From: Nanobdellati archaeon
GTDB lineage: Archaea > EX4484-52 > GLR71
Assembly: GCA_019429005.1 (NCBI GenBank)
Contig: JAHYJR010000003.1
Span: forward strand, 76,026 to 140,025
Length of the DNA: 64,000 nucleotides
Direction of reading: 5' to 3'
Shown here: positions 40,820-50,585 of the stretch, in pieces
Layout of the letters: the number at the start of each line of letters is the position of its first letter
Numbering within the stretch: position 1 is the stretch's first letter
Notes under the pieces: model-generated
Told to the model about the DNA's origin: nothing
The model's database searches: none
Seen by the model: only the letters and a program-made list of their open reading frames with translations
Program-made: the position numbers and the translations under genes

Positions 40820-41812
40820 TTATACCAACTTAAAAAGATAAATGTATTTTGTAAGATTTTTATGTATGTAACTCTCACATTTTCTAACCAATTTTAAAAA
40901 ATGAGGTATTTCTATATCGCCCACATTGGTTGATACAGCAGCATAACATCCAATTTTAAGCATATTAGGAATCAATAACAAAAATTGTTGCATAAAATCT
41001 TTAGGTGTGACATCAAGTTTTGTATTTCGACCATAAGGCAAATCTGTAACAATACAATCAAACTTATCCTTAAAAGACTTAGATGCAATAAAAGAATCCG
41101 CACATAAAATATTATGCTCCAAAATACCATAATGTTTAAGATTAGCTATTGTACCTTCAACCATTACCCTATCAAGATCAATTCCAGTAATTTTTGCACC
41201 AATAAGAGCTGACTCAATCAAAAGCCCACCTGTACCTACAAAAGGATCAATAACAGATTTACCCGAAGAAACTCTTGCAATGTTACACATAGCTTTTGCA
41301 ACTTTAGGCTTCAAAGACACAGGATGAAAAAAGGGACGTTTAACAGGCATTCTTTCTGAAAATGACGACACTCCAAATTCTTTGATAAGTATACCAAAAA
41401 TCTGTTCACTACCAAAAAGATAAACACGGAAACTAGTCTTTGGATCCTTAAGATTAAACTTATACCCTAAGTTAAACAAAAATGCACCCATCTTCTTTTC
41501 AATAACACTTCTATCTTGATTTTGTTCGGGATTTATTCTTGTAACTCTCACATTTACAGGTGATTTTATTAGATGTTGATACATATTAAAATCAACAACA
41601 TCAAGACCATTCATACCCCCTATACACAGACCAACCTCTCTAGTATGTGACAAGTCAGTAAAATCAATGTTTTCAGCTATAGATTCAATAATAATTGCAT
41701 TATCTAAATCCTGCTTAACAGAATACGATATATTTTGCACCTCAAGGCGTGAAAAAAGATCTTCTTTCGCAAGACAAAGATTATCTTTTGAAAAAACAAT
41801 AATATACTCCAT
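40820..41812 (-). CDS. tRNA G10 N2-methyltransferase (Trm11/TrmG10; THUMP + MTase)
   Basis: RPFFHPVSLKP, DPFVGTGG, TDLPYG. Confidence 0.88.
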   Translation of the reverse strand: MEYIIVFSKDNLCLAKEDLFSRLEVQNISYSVKQDLDNAIIIESIAENIDFTDLSHTREVGLCIGGMNGLDVVDFNMYQHLIKSPVNVRVTRINPEQNQDRSVIEKKMGAFLFNLGYKFNLKDPKTSFRVYLFGSEQIFGILIKEFGVSSFSERMPVKRPFFHPVSLKPKVAKAMCNIARVSSGKSVIDPFVGTGGLLIESALIGAKITGIDLDRVMVEGTIANLKHYGILEHNILCADSFIASKSFKDKFDCIVTDLPYGRNTKLDVTPKDFMQQFLLLIPNMLKIGCYAAVSTNVGDIEIPHFLKLVRKCESYIHKNLTKYIYLFKLV

Positions 41813-42057
41813 ATTTAACCCAGTTCAATACTTTAAAACGTAATTTTATTATATTTACTGCATTTTTAACACTTTTTAGTTATTTTTTAAGATTTTTACA
41901 AACATTATCATATTTTAAATTTTCGGCATAACACACAATAAATCTATAGCTATATATCAATATAAAATTATACTTAATATACACAGATATTTAATATATT
42001 TTTATAAATTTATGAAAGTATAAGATAATACAAATATACAATAATATATTTAGATAT

Positions 42058-42113
42058 TTATACAATTATACAATTATACAATTATACAATTATACAATTA
42101 TACAATTATACAA
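42058..42113 (+). repeat. (TTATACAA)x7 tandem repeat
   Basis: Seven perfect 8-bp units in a ~620-bp AT-rich intergenic region. Confidence 0.95.
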
Positions 42114-42453
42114 ATATAAACAAAACACAATACATAACTATACACTTATAATAAAATATAATTACAAAATAATTATAATACATAATAATAAATTAATACT
42201 AATATATTATCATAAAACAATAATCAAAGATAAGTATAAAAGCATATTAAAAAACGAAAGAGATAAATAGATTAGATTAATTTAAATATAGGCACTAGGC
42301 ACTTTAAAAATTTAAAAAAATAAAAAATAAAAAATAAAAAATAAAATTCAACTAAATGAAAACTAAAAATAAAAATAATACAAAATTCATGCTTAGACAC
42401 TAGTAACCAAAAAATAAAAACGATAAATTAAAAACAAAAATTATTAGCAATTT

Positions 42454-43701
42454 CTATTTTTTTATTCTTATATCTGCTGCATTTTTATGTCCTTTAAGTC
42501 CTTCAAGATCAGCCATTCGGGATGCAATTTTACCTAAAGCAATACAACTATTTTTATCAATCTCTTGATAAGTTAAAATTTTAATAAAATCTTTAACAGA
42601 TAATCCTCCAGTATATTTTGAAGCACCATTAGTTGGTAATGTATGATTAGTCCCACTACAATAATCACCAAATACTTCTGCAGAATAATTTCCAATAAAC
42701 AAAGATCCATAATTAGTCAATTCAGAAATTAACTGTTCCTTATCTTTAACTTGTATTTCTAAATGTTCTGGTGCTCTTCTATTAGCGATTTTAATTGCTT
42801 CAGTCAAATTATTAACAAGAACAATTTTACCATTATTCAAAGCGATTTTTGCAACATCTTTAGTTGATAATTTTTCCAATTGAATTTTTAACTCATTATT
42901 AACTTCTTCTGCTAGTTCTTTAGAAGTTGTCAATAAATCACATCTTGCATTTGGATCGTGTTCTGCTTGAGCCAATAAATCTGCTGCAATAAATTCCGGA
43001 TTACCCGTTTCATCTGCAATAATCAAAACTTCGCTTGGACCAGCAATAAAATCAATACCTACAAAACCATAAACTTCTTTTTTTGCAACAGCAACAAATT
43101 CATTTCCCGGTCCAACTATTTTATTTACTTTAGGTACTAATTTTGTACCATAAGCCATAGCTCCTATAGCTTGAATTCCACCAATATTAAATATTTTATC
43201 CGCACCAGCAATATCTGCTGCAACAATAGTTATAGAATCAATTTTAGGTGAACATACGATTATTTCTTTTACGCCAGCAACTTTTGCAGGAATCACACTC
43301 ATCAAAGCTGAAGAAGGTAAAGGATATCTTCCCCCTGGAACATAACAACCCACTTTTTCTATTGGAATTATTTTTTGTCCAAGTATAACTCCGTCTTTTT
43401 TAATTTCGAAATTTTTAAATGTTTTAAATTGTTCTTTTGCAAAAAATGTTATATTTTTGGCAGCTTCCTTAAGAATTGAAACATCTTCTGAATTAACTTT
43501 TTTATATGCATCTTCAATTTGTTTTTTTGTAATTAAAGTATTTTCTAAATCTAAATTATCAAACTTCTTTGTGTATTTATTAACGGCTTTATCTCCATCT
43601 GTTTTAACTTCATTTAATATTTGATTTACAACTTCAATTTTTTCTAGTTCTAGATATTCATAATATTTATTTGTTAAATCATTAGAATTTATTATCTCCA
43701 T
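42454..43701 (-). CDS. hisD: Histidinol dehydrogenase
   Basis: YVPGG, GGIQAI, GPGN, AGPSE, QAEHD, PEHLE, GDYCSGTNHTLPT, EGLKGH. Confidence 0.95.
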   Translation of the reverse strand: MEIINSNDLTNKYYEYLELEKIEVVNQILNEVKTDGDKAVNKYTKKFDNLDLENTLITKKQIEDAYKKVNSEDVSILKEAAKNITFFAKEQFKTFKNFEIKKDGVILGQKIIPIEKVGCYVPGGRYPLPSSALMSVIPAKVAGVKEIIVCSPKIDSITIVAADIAGADKIFNIGGIQAIGAMAYGTKLVPKVNKIVGPGNEFVAVAKKEVYGFVGIDFIAGPSEVLIIADETGNPEFIAADLLAQAEHDPNARCDLLTTSKELAEEVNNELKIQLEKLSTKDVAKIALNNGKIVLVNNLTEAIKIANRRAPEHLEIQVKDKEQLISELTNYGSLFIGNYSAEVFGDYCSGTNHTLPTNGASKYTGGLSVKDFIKILTYQEIDKNSCIALGKIASRMADLEGLKGHKNAADIRIKK

Positions 43702-43801
43702 AGTATTACATTACATTATTGTTATATATAAATCCTTTTATAGAGAATTTCAAAACTATAATTACATATAACAACCTTTAAACAACAAAAATAATAACAT
43801 C

Positions 43802-44596
43802 TCATACAGATTTAATCCAACTCTTAAACAGCAAAGCATCTTGTTCAATAAGGGGACTTTCAGAAATGATTGTAACATTATACTGATTTTCATTAAGAAT
43901 TTCTGCCAAAAGCCTAAAGTCTGGCTCACTTGAAGACAATGGAAGATGATGCTTTTCGTTACCATTCTCATATTTTATACCAGTCATATGACAATGCAAC
44001 TGCTTTACACCTATTTTATCAAACTTGTCAAGAATTACCTTAAAATCCTCTTTAGTTTTCAATCCACCATTACCCCTTGCATGTACATGCGCAAAATCTA
44101 TAACAGGCGCAACATTTTCACAATCTTCAGTTAATTTTACAATTTCATTAACCGTACCAAACTGTTTCTGACGACCCATCGTCTCAATACCAAGTTTAGC
44201 TTTACTTTCAAATTGACAACATGCATCCTTTATCATTTTATAAACATCTTGTGCAGGTCGCTCCATATAAAAACCAGCATGAACAACAACAATTTTAGCA
44301 CCGCAAATATCTGCAATGTTTAATGTTTCAGCTATAAGATTTTTACTATTTTCAATAACTTTTGGATTTTTTGATGCAAGATTAATAAAATATGGTGCAT
44401 GGCACGACAGAGAAACATCAAATTTGCGCGCAACTTTACCTACTTCTCGTGCAGATTCCTCTGTAAGATAAATACGTTTGACAAACTCTAATTCAAGTGC
44501 AGACAAACCTAACTTTGACACGCAATCTATTGCATCAGCGGTTTTCTTTCCCTTACAAATAAGCGGAATCCCTGCAGAACCAATACGAATTCTCAT
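43802..44596 (-). CDS. Endonuclease IV-like TIM-barrel protein
   Basis: HAPYFINL, VVHAG, ETMG, DFAH, HCH, HHLP, ISESP. Confidence 0.85.
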   Translation of the reverse strand: MRIRIGSAGIPLICKGKKTADAIDCVSKLGLSALELEFVKRIYLTEESAREVGKVARKFDVSLSCHAPYFINLASKNPKVIENSKNLIAETLNIADICGAKIVVVHAGFYMERPAQDVYKMIKDACCQFESKAKLGIETMGRQKQFGTVNEIVKLTEDCENVAPVIDFAHVHARGNGGLKTKEDFKVILDKFDKIGVKQLHCHMTGIKYENGNEKHHLPLSSSEPDFRLLAEILNENQYNVTIISESPLIEQDALLFKSWIKSV

Positions 44597-44698
44597 AGCT
44601 TATTATTAGGTTTTAGGTTATATATTTCTTGAGAAATATTACAAAACTTATACTAAACAAAACCAACCTTTTTAAATTTAATTCTATGTACACAGATT

Positions 44699-45425
44699 AT
44701 GTCTAAAGTCTATTTACTACAAGACGGTGATATTCAACCTAGTGACGATGATGAAATATACGCACCTCTAACAATTAAACTGGTAGAATATATTATGGAT
44801 CCAGCATCAGCTAAATTTAGAAATCTCAAGATAAATATGAATCCACAATACCTATTAATTGACGCAGGTGGACCAACAGATACTGTAGAAGACCTTAATA
44901 CTTAGCTAGAAAAAGCTAAAATCACAAATCAAGATATTAATTAAGTCATAACCACGCACAACCACCCCCAATCACGTAGGACTTGCAAAATTTATAGGCG
45001 ATGAAAATGGCACAACAATATATGGTCCTGATTCAACATACCACAACAGAAAAGGTTTATATTCAGAAAGAACACCTGAACATAATTTTAATTGGGACAT
45101 AACTTTTGTTGACACATCGGGCCACGAAAGTACTAAAGACAGATCTGTAATTGTAACTAAAGATGATGGTTTTACAGCAATTGTAGGCGATTTAATGCTT
45201 AACAGACTAGAATATGACGAGCCATATAATATAAAACAATGGGAACCAGACAACAGCTCAGACATTAACAACTCAAGACTAGATATACTTATGGGTTATC
45301 CAGACATTACTGAAATAATACCTGGCCATGGTGCACCTTTTAAAGTAAACAGAATTAAAAAAATATCAAAATTAAAAAACAAAAAAAATATTGAATTTAA
45401 GATAAAATCAAAAAAACAATCTTAA
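44699..45425 (+). pseudogene. Metallo-beta-lactamase-fold hydrolase, inactivated
   Basis: LLIDAG...THNHP(N)HVG...TSGH...GDL...IPGHG; TAG 44903, TAA 44942 and a frameshift at C5 44965-44969. Confidence 0.85.
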
Positions 45426-45431
45426 TTTATC

Positions 45432-47369
45432 TCAATCAATCTTTTTAGTATCAATCTTATCTGTAATTTCTTTTATAAAAGCATCAACCGATACACCATA
45501 TGTAACTTTACCCAAACGTGTCCTGACTGTAACTGATTTTTTCTCAATCTCTTTATCACCAACAACTAGCATATACGGGATTTTCTGAAGCTGAGCCTCA
45601 CGTATCTTATACTCAACAGTCTCAGTCCTGAAATCACTCTCAACACGAATACCTAAAGCAGATAATTTAGCAATAACTTCTTCAGCATAATCTTGATGCC
45701 TATCAGCAATTGTTATCATCTTAACTTGAACTGGCGCAATCCATGTTGGGAATGCTCCTGCATATTTCTCAATAAGCATAGCAAGCGTTCGCTCATAACA
45801 GCCAATAGATGAACGATGTACAACCATAGGTCTTTGCTTAGAATTATCTTTAGCCACATAAGTCATATCAAATCGCTCAGGTAATGCAAAATCAATCTGT
45901 ACAGTTATGATAGTATCTTCTTTACCATACACATTTTTAGCTTGAATATCTAATTTAGGGCCATAAAATGCAGCTTCACCATTGGCCTCAACATAATCAA
46001 GTTTAAGATGATCTAAAATAGTCTTCATCATCTTCTGTGATTTATCCCAAGCATCCGGATTATCAATATATTTTTTCTTATTAGCAGGATCCCATTTAGA
46101 GAACCTATACCAAATATCTTTATCAATACCCAATATTTTCATAACTGATGTTATAAAACTAAGAGCCTTCTTAAATTCATCCTCAAGCTGTTCCTGCATA
46201 CAGATGATATGACCTTCAGATAAAGTAAACTGTCTCATCCGTGTAAGACCATGCATCTCACCTGAAGACTCATTTCTAAACAAACTAGACGTTTCATAAT
46301 ATCTTAAAGGCAAATCTTTGTAACTTCGTTGACTTGATTTATAAATCATAAATTGGAAAGGACATGTCATAGGCCTTAAAGCTAAAATCTCATCTTTACC
46401 ATCAATCAAAAACATATCATCTTTATAATGATCCCAATGCCCAGAGATTTTATACAAATCACTTTTTGCCATAAATGGTGTTTTTGTAACTTGATATCCT
46501 CTTTTTTCTTCTTCATCCTCAATAAATCTCTGAAGAATCTGTATAATCTTTGCACCCTTAGGCATAAGAAGCGGTAACCCTTGACCTATAGCATCATTAG
46601 TTGTAAAAAGTTCAAGCTCACGCCCAATCTTGTTATGATCCCTCTTTTCAGCCTCAGCAATCATCTCAAGATGCTCTGATAACTCACTTTTTTTAGGAAA
46701 AGACACACCATAAATCCTTGAAAGCATCTTATTCTTAGAGTCCCCCTTCCAATATGCACCAGACACTTTAGTAAGCTTAATAGCTTTCAAAACACCACTT
46801 GATGCGACATGAGGTCCACGGCAAAGATCAATAAAATCACCAGATTTATAGAATGTAATTTCTTCACCATCAGGAATCACATTGATAAGCTCCACCTTAT
46901 ACTCATTTTTATCTTTCTTGAAATGTGCCAAAGCATCCTTTTTGCTCATTACAATTCGCTCAAAAGATTCATCTTTTTTAATAATCTCTTTCATCTTAGA
47001 TTCAATTTTGTAAAGGTCTTCAGGCGAAAAAGGTTTAGCTACATCAAAATCATAATAAAAACCATCTTCAATTGAAGGACCAATTGTAGGTTTTGCATCT
47101 GGATAAAGTGTAATTACAGCCTGTGCTAAAACATGTGCAGTTGAATGCCGAAATATGTCAAGACCTTCAGGAGATTTCATTGTGATTATTGATATCTTTG
47201 TATCGCCCATAATCTTATGTGTCATATCAACAAGGGTGCCATCAATCTTTCCAGCAACAGCAGCTCTCGCAAGACCCTCACCAATCGATAATGCCACATC
47301 TTTGACTGTTGTGCCCTTAATGACTTTAATCTTAGAATTATCCGGAAGTATTATTGTAATATTGCTCAT
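45432..47369 (-). CDS. thrS: Threonyl-tRNA synthetase (bacterial-type, TGS + editing domains)
   Basis: RHSTAH, DLCRGPH, RDHNKIG, RPMTCP, RMRQF, AAFYGPKLD, HRSSIGCYER. Confidence 0.97.
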   Translation of the reverse strand: MSNITIILPDNSKIKVIKGTTVKDVALSIGEGLARAAVAGKIDGTLVDMTHKIMGDTKISIITMKSPEGLDIFRHSTAHVLAQAVITLYPDAKPTIGPSIEDGFYYDFDVAKPFSPEDLYKIESKMKEIIKKDESFERIVMSKKDALAHFKKDKNEYKVELINVIPDGEEITFYKSGDFIDLCRGPHVASSGVLKAIKLTKVSGAYWKGDSKNKMLSRIYGVSFPKKSELSEHLEMIAEAEKRDHNKIGRELELFTTNDAIGQGLPLLMPKGAKIIQILQRFIEDEEEKRGYQVTKTPFMAKSDLYKISGHWDHYKDDMFLIDGKDEILALRPMTCPFQFMIYKSSQRSYKDLPLRYYETSSLFRNESSGEMHGLTRMRQFTLSEGHIICMQEQLEDEFKKALSFITSVMKILGIDKDIWYRFSKWDPANKKKYIDNPDAWDKSQKMMKTILDHLKLDYVEANGEAAFYGPKLDIQAKNVYGKEDTIITVQIDFALPERFDMTYVAKDNSKQRPMVVHRSSIGCYERTLAMLIEKYAGAFPTWIAPVQVKMITIADRHQDYAEEVIAKLSALGIRVESDFRTETVEYKIREAQLQKIPYMLVVGDKEIEKKSVTVRTRLGKVTYGVSVDAFIKEITDKIDTKKID

Positions 47370-47632
47370 AAAAAATCACTTTTATCTATAATTATATTTC
47401 TAATACTAATAGAACTAGTTATATTTAAATTATATATAGGATGAACTAAAGAAACCACTGATTCAAATTTACCGTACTGTAAAGCATCCACCCATAAAAA
47501 CCAATTAATAGTTAGATATTTAGCTTTATAAATGTTTTTAAAATTAAATAAAAGAAAAAGATATTAAGATTCACACAAACCTATACTTTAAAAAAAATTA
47601 AACGGTTTATTAAAAATAATCCTTAAACAAAC

Positions 47633-48493
47633 CTATTTTTTAAATTCCTTATCAAAAGAAGCATCAACACGTTTCTGATATTCATCAATGTCCTCATCAG
47701 TCAAATGCTTAAATCTCTTCTGAGCACGCAAATAATCCTTAACAGGTACACCCTTAGGCTTATGAGTTAAAGTCTTTTCACCATCAATAATCTCAAACAA
47801 GGACCACATCTTACTTTCAACTGCAAGCTTTGCAACGTCAACAGTCTTTGATGACTCAAAATACCATCCGACAGGACACGGTGCATGGATATGAACATAT
47901 TTAGGACCCTTGATGCTAAGTGCTTTTCTAATTTTCATTTTTAAATCAGCCGGAAATGCAATTGATGCAGTTGCAACATAAGGCAGATTATGGGCAACAG
48001 CAATAGCAGGCACATCTTTTTTCCATTGAATCTTACCTTTACTTACTAAACCCGATGGTGTTGTAGTAGTTGACGCACGCCATGGAGTTGAACCAGATCT
48101 CTGTATACCTGTATTCATATATGCCTCATTATCATAACAAATTACAAGAACATCTTGACCACGCTCCCAAAGACCGCTTACAGCCTGAAAACCAATATCA
48201 AGCATACCACCATCACCGCCTAAAGCAATAACAGCCGTTTTATCATTACCTTGAGCAATAAGTGCTTCCTTAACACCAGATGCAACAGCTGCCGCATTTT
48301 CAAATGTTACATGTATCCATGGAACTTTCCAAGATGTCATAGGATACTGACTTGTTGTAACTTCAATACACCCTGTAGCATTACATATAACAATATCTTC
48401 ACCTGTAGCTTCAAGAAGAGTCCTTATAGCAATCGCTGGACCGCATCCAGCACAAGTGCTATATCCCGGTGCAAGTAAACTTTTATCATCCAT
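47633..48493 (-). CDS. porB: Pyruvate/2-oxoacid:ferredoxin oxidoreductase beta subunit
   Basis: CAGCG, ATGC, GGDG TPP motif, YDNEAYMNTGIQ, APCPVGW. Confidence 0.93.
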   Translation of the reverse strand: MDDKSLLAPGYSTCAGCGPAIAIRTLLEATGEDIVICNATGCIEVTTSQYPMTSWKVPWIHVTFENAAAVASGVKEALIAQGNDKTAVIALGGDGGMLDIGFQAVSGLWERGQDVLVICYDNEAYMNTGIQRSGSTPWRASTTTTPSGLVSKGKIQWKKDVPAIAVAHNLPYVATASIAFPADLKMKIRKALSIKGPKYVHIHAPCPVGWYFESSKTVDVAKLAVESKMWSLFEIIDGEKTLTHKPKGVPVKDYLRAQKRFKHLTDEDIDEYQKRVDASFDKEFKK

Positions 48494-48508
48494 AAATATC
48501 ACAAATTT

Positions 48509-49648
48509 TTAACTTAACCACACAATCTTCCCATTATCCATAGTATCTGCAGATTCAATTATCTTTTCAATGTCATCAGTTTTCACATCAACACCGCCAA
48601 TACCACAAACAACACCAATTATTTTCGGTTTTTTATCCAATGAATAAAGAGCACTTCTAATCTCTTCAAAAAGAGATCCACCAGAAGTTCCAAGAGATAT
48701 ATCTTTTTCAAAAATTATTACAGTTTCTTTATCTTTAAGTGCATCTATAATGTCACATTTAGGAAACGGTCTAAATGACACAATCCTAAGAAGCCCGCAA
48801 TCATCCCGTTTGTTAACAACATAACGCAAATTTCCTGCAAGAGAACCCATTGTAATTATAGATATTTTCCTATCATTTTTATAAGTATCAATAAGACCAT
48901 TACCAGATGACCTCTTGAACTTTTTTGAAAACTCCTCATTCACTTCACGTATAACAATATTAGATTTATCAATCGTTTTACTAAGCTCATGACGAAGTGT
49001 ATTATATGGCTTAGGATATGCAAATGTCCCTTGAGACATTGGCCTTTTAGAATCTAAATAAGCATGCGTAGGTTTATATTTTGGAATAAAATTACCGATA
49101 CTTTTAGGGATATCAACAGGTTCCATTGTATGTGATAAGAAAAATCCATCCATACATACCATAATCGGTAACAAAACACGTTTGTCTTCAGCAATCCTAA
49201 ACGCTTTAATTGTAAGATCAACAGCTTCCTGATTAGTCTCAGCATAAAGCTGTATCCAACCAGTATCTCTTTCAGATACAGAATCTTGATAATCATTCCA
49301 AATATTAATAGGTGCAGATAACGCACGGTTTACAACATTCATAACAATAGGAAGTCTCATACCAGCTGCAGCAAATAAAACCTCATGCATAAGAGCTAAA
49401 CCTTGAGATGATGTTGCAGTATAAGATCTTGATCCTGCCGCACTTGAACCAATAACAGCAGAAAGTGCAGAAAACTCCGATTCAACCTCAATATGCTGAC
49501 ACTTCAATTTGCCATCTGCGATAAGTGTTGCAATCTCTTGAGCAATATGTGTCTGCGGTGTTATAGGATAAAATGCAATTACATCAGGATTGCACAACCT
49601 AACAGATTCGGCAACAGCCATACTTCCTTCAAGAACATTAAGTGTCAT
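48509..49648 (-). CDS. porA: Pyruvate/2-oxoacid:ferredoxin oxidoreductase alpha subunit
   Basis: FYPITPQT, ESEFSA, TATSSQGL, VNRALSAP, FRPFP. Confidence 0.93.
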   Translation of the reverse strand: MTLNVLEGSMAVAESVRLCNPDVIAFYPITPQTHIAQEIATLIADGKLKCQHIEVESEFSALSAVIGSSAAGSRSYTATSSQGLALMHEVLFAAAGMRLPIVMNVVNRALSAPINIWNDYQDSVSERDTGWIQLYAETNQEAVDLTIKAFRIAEDKRVLLPIMVCMDGFFLSHTMEPVDIPKSIGNFIPKYKPTHAYLDSKRPMSQGTFAYPKPYNTLRHELSKTIDKSNIVIREVNEEFSKKFKRSSGNGLIDTYKNDRKISIITMGSLAGNLRYVVNKRDDCGLLRIVSFRPFPKCDIIDALKDKETVIIFEKDISLGTSGGSLFEEIRSALYSLDKKPKIIGVVCGIGGVDVKTDDIEKIIESADTMDNGKIVWLS

Positions 49649-49917
49649 TTGTCTTCCCTCTTACTTGTTATAGACTTAAAAGGACACACATTTTCACAAA
49701 TAAGGCATCCTTTACAATAATCATAATCAATAATACATTTTTTATTTTCAATAACAATACAACCATCTGGACAAAACTGCTTACAAATACCACAACCAGT
49801 ACATATATCCATGTTGACAGTGGGTATCTCAGTTCGCCATGAACCTGTTTTTTTCATTTTAGTGTTTCCAACATCTGTTACAATACCAGCAATATTAACT
49901 TTTTCATCTTCTGCCAT
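49645..49917 (-). CDS. porD: Oxidoreductase delta subunit (2x[4Fe-4S])
   Basis: TGSWRT, CTGCGICKQFCP, CKGCLICENVCP; ATG 49917 after a GGTGA RBS. Confidence 0.92.
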   Translation of the reverse strand: MAEDEKVNIAGIVTDVGNTKMKKTGSWRTEIPTVNMDICTGCGICKQFCPDGCIVIENKKCIIDYDYCKGCLICENVCPFKSITSKREDK

Positions 49918-49921
49918 GACA

Positions 49922-50452
49922 TCACCTACACTCCTTATATGCACGCTTCACAGCTTCAACATTTTTATCAGCAATATCGCCTTTAAAATGTTCTTTAATA
50001 GCAGCGATAAGAGACTTAAATGTAACTTGACCTGTTGCTTTCACAAAAGCACCCAATATCGGTGTATTTACAAGATTTTTTCCAAAAATATCAAAAGCAA
50101 TCTTTGTCGCATCAACCCTAAAGACTTTAGCATCAGACTTAAAATCAACTGAAACGTCTGAATTAACAATAATAACACCACCTTCTTTAAGTCCTGCTAG
50201 AACATCAACTACACCTATAAGTGTTTTATCTAAAATCATAACATAATCAGGAGTATATACTTGTTGACGTACAAGAATAAATGAATCATCAATTCGACAA
50301 TACGCTTCAACGGGACTACCACGTCTATCTACACCAAAAAACGGAAAAGCTTGACAAGATTTACCATCTTTAAATGCAGCACTTGCAAGAAGTTTTGCTG
50401 ATGTAACGGCACCCATTCCACCCCTTCCATGAATACGTATTTCTTTAATTAT
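49922..50452 (-). CDS. porG: Oxidoreductase gamma subunit; apparent non-ATG start (ATA 50452 or ATT 50449)
   Basis: KEIRIHGRGGMG, FPFFGVDRRGSPV, NTPILGA; in-frame TAA at 50464 with no ATG/GTG/TTG before the conserved N-terminus. Confidence 0.9.
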   Translation of the reverse strand: MIKEIRIHGRGGMGAVTSAKLLASAAFKDGKSCQAFPFFGVDRRGSPVEAYCRIDDSFILVRQQVYTPDYVMILDKTLIGVVDVLAGLKEGGVIIVNSDVSVDFKSDAKVFRVDATKIAFDIFGKNLVNTPILGAFVKATGQVTFKSLIAAIKEHFKGDIADKNVEAVKRAYKECR

Positions 50453-50585
50453 TATGCACCTTTAACTAATTGAATATTTTAAGTAAAACATAATTATACG
50501 CCATCCCTATTTATTAGTTACGGTCAAATCGAAATTAAAACAAAAAGCAGAATAATAACTCAATATAATAAATCAATATATTAAC

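Larger units (their letters stand above)
39269..41555 (+). repeat. Dispersed 13-mer AACTCTCACATTT, four exact same-strand copies
   Basis: Copies at 39269, 40236, 40870 and 41543. Confidence 0.85.
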
